From Opitutia bacterium (lineage in GTDB: Bacteria > Verrucomicrobiota > Verrucomicrobiia > Opitutales > T3Sed10-336): 64,000 nt of DNA. Positions 59,955 through 64,000 of this stretch are shown one piece after another. The notes beneath the pieces are model-generated. The model saw only the letters and a list, made by a program, of their open reading frames with translations. It was not told where the DNA came from and searched no databases. The first letter of the stretch is position 1, and every line of letters starts with the position of its first letter. The translations under genes and the position numbers were made by a program. The stretch is taken from contig JBJHCF010000009.1 of NCBI GenBank assembly GCA_050506795.1, positions 65,801 through 129,800 of the forward strand, in the 5' to 3' direction.

Positions 59955-60080
59955 ATGAAAACCCCGGCTATCGCGCACCCTGAATGCCATTCCAGTGGCG
60001 CTGATTTCACTTTATCGCCGATCGAGGTCGTCGAGGAATCCCGAGGATTTTTGATGGGGCTCGATCAACTCTCTCTCTAA
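59955..60080 (+). CDS. Possible 41-aa small ORF or leader peptide
   Basis: MKTPAIAHPECHSSGADFTLSPIEVVEESRGFLMGLDQLSL between an AT-rich tract and two terminators; no RBS seen. Confidence 0.25.
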   Translation: MKTPAIAHPECHSSGADFTLSPIEVVEESRGFLMGLDQLSL

Positions 60081-60129
60081 CGTTATCGCGTCTGGCGGAA
60101 TCGTATCCGTCTCGCTCGCACAATTTTTC

Positions 60130-60155
60130 AGGCTCCCGTTGGGGGGAGCCTTTTT
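60130..60155 (+). terminator. Terminator-like hairpin 1
   Basis: AGGCTCCC-GTTGGG-GGGAGCCT-TTTT. Confidence 0.7.
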
Positions 60156-60161
60156 CTTGCC

Positions 60162-60193
60162 AAGCCGTCCGCCTAAGAGCAGGACGGCTTTTT
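60162..60193 (+). terminator. Terminator-like hairpin 2
   Basis: AAGCCGTCC-N11-GGACGGCTT-TTT. Confidence 0.7.
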
Positions 60194-60231
60194 AGTTATC
60201 CAACTCCCACTAACCGGAACCCGAGTTTACC

Positions 60232-61188
60232 ATGACCTCCAAAGTCCGCATTTGCCTCATTGCCGCCCTGACGATGACGATGCCTGCTCTCGCCACAGCG
60301 ACCTTACCGTTTCACACTTCATTCTCACAGGAGGAAGGATTTTTTGCCGGATCGGCTCCCGGTCGAGGTTGGGTGGTGCAACCGCGTGCCACGGTTGTGG
60401 CGACCGATCATTCGATTCAAGCGGACCAGGCGGTTTTACTCTATCATGGAAGGCCGCCGGGATTCCTTCAACGTGGCTTCGCTCCGAATGGGAGCGATAT
60501 TATATTCGTGGACCTTTTTGTACGTCCGGCCGCCGGACACATCACGTCGGAAAGCACACGTATCAGATTCGATTCCGTTGGAGTGGCGTTTCTGCAATCT
60601 GAGGCCGGGGCAACCATCGCCGCAACCGATATTTCTCCCGATCTACGCGTCGATTGGATCGATCTCGGCTATTCGATCCCGATCGACAGCCTGGGCCGAG
60701 GGACGGACTGGACCAGAATCACCCTGCGATTGGATTACGGAGTCGCGGCCGGACAAGGCTACTATGATATCTATGTCGACGGAATGCTCATGGAGTACGA
60801 CCTGGCGTTCCAACCCCGACGCTTTCAATCCGGCAGGACCCTTGAAATCACCGGCGCCCTGGGAGCGGAAACCTGGGTCGACTACATTTACGCGGGCGAG
60901 GAGAATCCCCTCTTCGAGGACCACGGCACAGGCATTCCTGAAGACTGGTTGCTTTCCGAAGGGCTCTTTCCCGACGACGAAGCCAGGTTCACAATACTTG
61001 CCGATGGACGATTGGCCATCGATGCGTATCTCGATCACAACCGTACGGTTGCTCCGAATTCGGAGTCGCGCGGAAGGGTTTTGGAGAGCGGACGAAGGAC
61101 GAGTGATCGAAGATTGGCGGTATTCACACGACTCGAGAAGCCTAATCCGGAAATTCAAGCGTTAATTCGGAGTTTTAAGAACCAGTAA
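60232..61188 (+). CDS. Secreted hypothetical protein upstream of Rhs gene
   Basis: Signal peptide; beta-sandwich-like WTRITLRLDY...YDIYVDG; degenerate D..G.P..W motif. Confidence 0.7.
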   Translation: MTSKVRICLIAALTMTMPALATATLPFHTSFSQEEGFFAGSAPGRGWVVQPRATVVATDHSIQADQAVLLYHGRPPGFLQRGFAPNGSDIIFVDLFVRPAAGHITSESTRIRFDSVGVAFLQSEAGATIAATDISPDLRVDWIDLGYSIPIDSLGRGTDWTRITLRLDYGVAAGQGYYDIYVDGMLMEYDLAFQPRRFQSGRTLEITGALGAETWVDYIYAGEENPLFEDHGTGIPEDWLLSEGLFPDDEARFTILADGRLAIDAYLDHNRTVAPNSESRGRVLESGRRTSDRRLAVFTRLEKPNPEIQALIRSFKNQ

Positions 61189-61213
61189 GATCCCAAAGAA
61201 CGAAAATACAGAA

Positions 61214-63901
61214 ATGAAGATTCTGAATATCATACCCTATAGCGCCTTATTCACCTTAATCGTAACTTTATTTATCATCCCAAGCGTAAAGGCGGCGGAG
61301 GAGGACTACCAGCGGCTGGCGAAGGCGATGAGGGATTATCAGGCCCGGTGGGTGTTTTTGCGTAATGATGAAGGTTGGGGTGCTCCGTCGGGACCTGACA
61401 AGCTTTCGTGGCCCGCATGCAGCGCAGGAACTATTCCGCCTCCATTTCCGCCAAACGACTTCTACAAAGCGGATTTTGAGAACGTGCATCGTGCGGCGGA
61501 TTTAACAGCCAGATTTCGAGATGAGATCTGGAAGTCCGGAACCGGCTACGATCATAGGATATGGGAAGAATTTGTCGTCGCTACCGATAAGCGGCTTCCC
61601 GACGTTCCCGGAAAGCAAAGTGTGGAAAGATACCATATAAATGACATGCCGTGGAACGACCAAACCACGATAACCATCCACAACTATGGACAGGCAATTA
61701 AGGATATTGGAGATTTTATTGAAAATAGACTGTTGTATATACAATCGCATCTTGTGGCCAACCAAGTTGATAGGGCAAACAAAAACGGGTATGGCGCTTA
61801 CAAAGAGAGCTGCGCAGAAGCACAGGCAGATGCGATCAGTGAATGGGGAGATGTAGATTGGAGTCCAACTTATGATCCCGAGCATACCATTTGGCAAAGA
61901 GACCATTCATGGATTGCGCCAAATGGATCAAGGATAGCCAACCTGCGTTCAACAAAGGGGGCATTGGCGGTGGATCTAAGTTATTTGACGTCCGATCGAT
62001 TTCTAACGGCATATGTTTACATCAAAATTGTTCGTGAAAGTCACGGTATTGGTGCTAACTTGCCGCCAGTAGTAGAAGAATATTCTGATGACGAACACTT
62101 CTTAACCTTTGAAGAAGAAGCGAAAGTCGGATCGAATTGGAAATCGTCCGTGCTGGCTGAGGGAGTACCTACATTCTCTGCAAGCTGTCCGTCCTCACAG
62201 GAATATTACGGATGGCGGATTAGTGGTAATGGTCCCGTAATACTTGCGCCGATCTTTACCGACCGCGTGGACAAAGGGGAATGTTGTCCGGGGAGTTGTT
62301 CGAGTGGCTCGTGTGGTCCGGGAAAAATTTCACTCAATCCGTATGACGGACCCCGAATCACGATGAGTCTCGGTGTTAGCCCAGAGGGAGACGATCAGGG
62401 ATATATCGAATTATCCACGGACACTCCGGTTTTGGACTGGATTCAAGACGATAGTTTCTATATCCGAGCGGAAAATGGTGCGTCCTATAGCCATATTCAG
62501 TCGGGTACGATTGAAATGATTGAAATCACCGCGGCTCAGACCACCGTGAGAATCGAAGAAATCGGCTCCGGTGGGAACGTGGAAGTCCGTTTCTATCACC
62601 CAGACACCACATCCAATCCCTTCCGAACGTTTGAGTTCAAGGAATTGTCATATTCGTCGAACGCGGCCGAATACTCTGTTACAGAGAAGGAGGGCAGTAA
62701 CGAGATACGCGCCTGGTACTATCATTGGGAAAGGATCGACGAGACCAATGAGCGCGGCGGGGTCTGGACGTTGGGCGAGGGATACAACTCCCAATCGGAA
62801 TCGTCCCTCTCATGGAAGGACGTCCGTACCACTTGGAACGACGAGATGACCGAACGAACCCAGGTGATAACCATCCGAGAAGACTCATCTCACTCGGAAG
62901 ATCCCGACGAGATTCGCAGTAAGGTCCAAAAGCTCTGGGAGCGGATGGAATGGGGTGCCTTGAAGCTGACCGAAGAGCGCCGCTACACCAGCGAGACGCA
63001 GAGCCTTCTCACCACCTGGGATTATTACGACGATCTGGACGACGATCCGAACTCCCGCAAACTTCGCTATCGCGTGGAGCATGACGGTTATTGGGAGTAT
63101 TACGAGTACGGCGGCGACACAGGGAGACTTGTAAAGCGAGTTTCTCCATTCAAGCATTCAACCCCGCAGTTCGACTCCGAAGGCAAAATCACAAACGAGA
63201 ACAGTCACCGGGTGCGCGAGATCATCTACAAGAAGCAGGACATCAATGGCGACAGTAGCGATGATTTTGTTACCGAAACGATCGAGCGCGTCCTCGGGAA
63301 CATCGTCTCCCGCCAGTACCGGGTGAGTTTCGCCGAATCCTTTGCCCATGGCAGTCCGAGTCAGGAGTACGTCGAAACTTCGGTCATTCGGCTTCATTCT
63401 CCTGCCGCGGAGCCGGATTCGAATCTTAACTTCGGTACTCAAAGTCTTGAGACCCGAACGACGTACCACAACGGCGGAACCTGGGACGGCCGGGTCCGCC
63501 GTGTTGTCCGTCCCGACGGGACCGCCACGGTTTATGAGTATTCAATGGACAACGATGAGCTCGTTACCAAAACCTGGCGCGGAAAGCTGGAGAATCCGAC
63601 GGACCAGACTTCCTTTGATATATCCGATGGGGTATATACCGAGCGTCGTGCCAACGCAGACGGCCACACGATCAAGGAGACTCAAAAGGTAATTGATGAT
63701 TCTCTTCTCACCATAACCCTGTATGAGATGGACCTGCCGCCATCGAACGGCACGGACGATTTTGGACGCGTAATTCTCCAAAATTTCCTTCTTGATGGAA
63801 CCACCGAAGAACGCACCTATCTCTGCTGCGGGCAGATCGGCTGGAGCAAGGACAGGGAGGGTATCGAAACAAGTTCAGACCTCCTGACATGCCCTGGTTA
63901 A
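61214..63901 (+). pseudogene. Rhs/YD-repeat protein, N-terminal part, apparently truncated
   Basis: Signal peptide; YEY..TGRLVKR, GRVRRVVRPDG.ATVYEY, DDFGR, CCG...DREGIET; stops mid-repeat with no Rhs core or toxin. Confidence 0.7.
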
Positions 63902-64000
63902 ATTATTCTTATTGTCAACAACTTAGGGAATCTTGCCCAAATGCAGGGTGCGGACCCAAAACTGTCCGGTTTTTTTCGCCAGCCGACGAAGACTTCCCGA
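63876..64000. mobile_element. Possible IS end interrupting the Rhs gene
   Basis: Abrupt switch to CAGACCTCCTGACA, in-frame stop, then AT-rich tract with IHF-like TGTCAACAACTTA; no transposase in window. Confidence 0.4.

Noticed and set aside
1..64000. tRNA, rRNA or known riboswitch
   Set aside because: No cloverleaf, rRNA-like tract or recognisable aptamer seen by eye; an Infernal scan would be needed to exclude them.

Overview
GC-rich bacterial chromosome window. Two PEP-CTERM genes, a recurring C-terminal domain of the kind common in Verrucomicrobia, and the gene set suggest Verrucomicrobiota (Opitutales-like); this is an inference. The left half (1-32.9 kb) is mostly housekeeping: FAA hydrolase, PfkB kinase, porin, cysS, hemB, pyrD, argB, argD, aroA, tyrA, Zn-free L36/L31, DUF1015, thyX-like, uvrC, cinA, holA, purB, dnaN and pssA. 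It also holds a site-2-protease remnant, a heptamer-repeat inverted element and a candidate oriC upstream of a dnaN that has no adjacent dnaA. The right half is an extracellular-protein island and the main find. A four-gene unit linked by 4-nt overlaps starts with a 5,706-aa secreted protein (laminin-B-like head, two beta-helical rods with near-identical internal repeats, an Ig/FN3 stalk). That protein ends in a Hint domain whose usual terminal His-Asn reads Glu-Asp and which carries no toxin. It is followed by a 1,327-aa partner, a Cys-less secreted double rhodanese and a 625-aa protein. After these come a PEP-CTERM gene, a CRTAC1/ASPIC protein, a small ORF with a double terminator, and an Rhs/YD gene that appears cut off by an IS-like end at the window edge. 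No rRNA, tRNA or CRISPR array was seen. All family calls come from motif recognition, not database searches.
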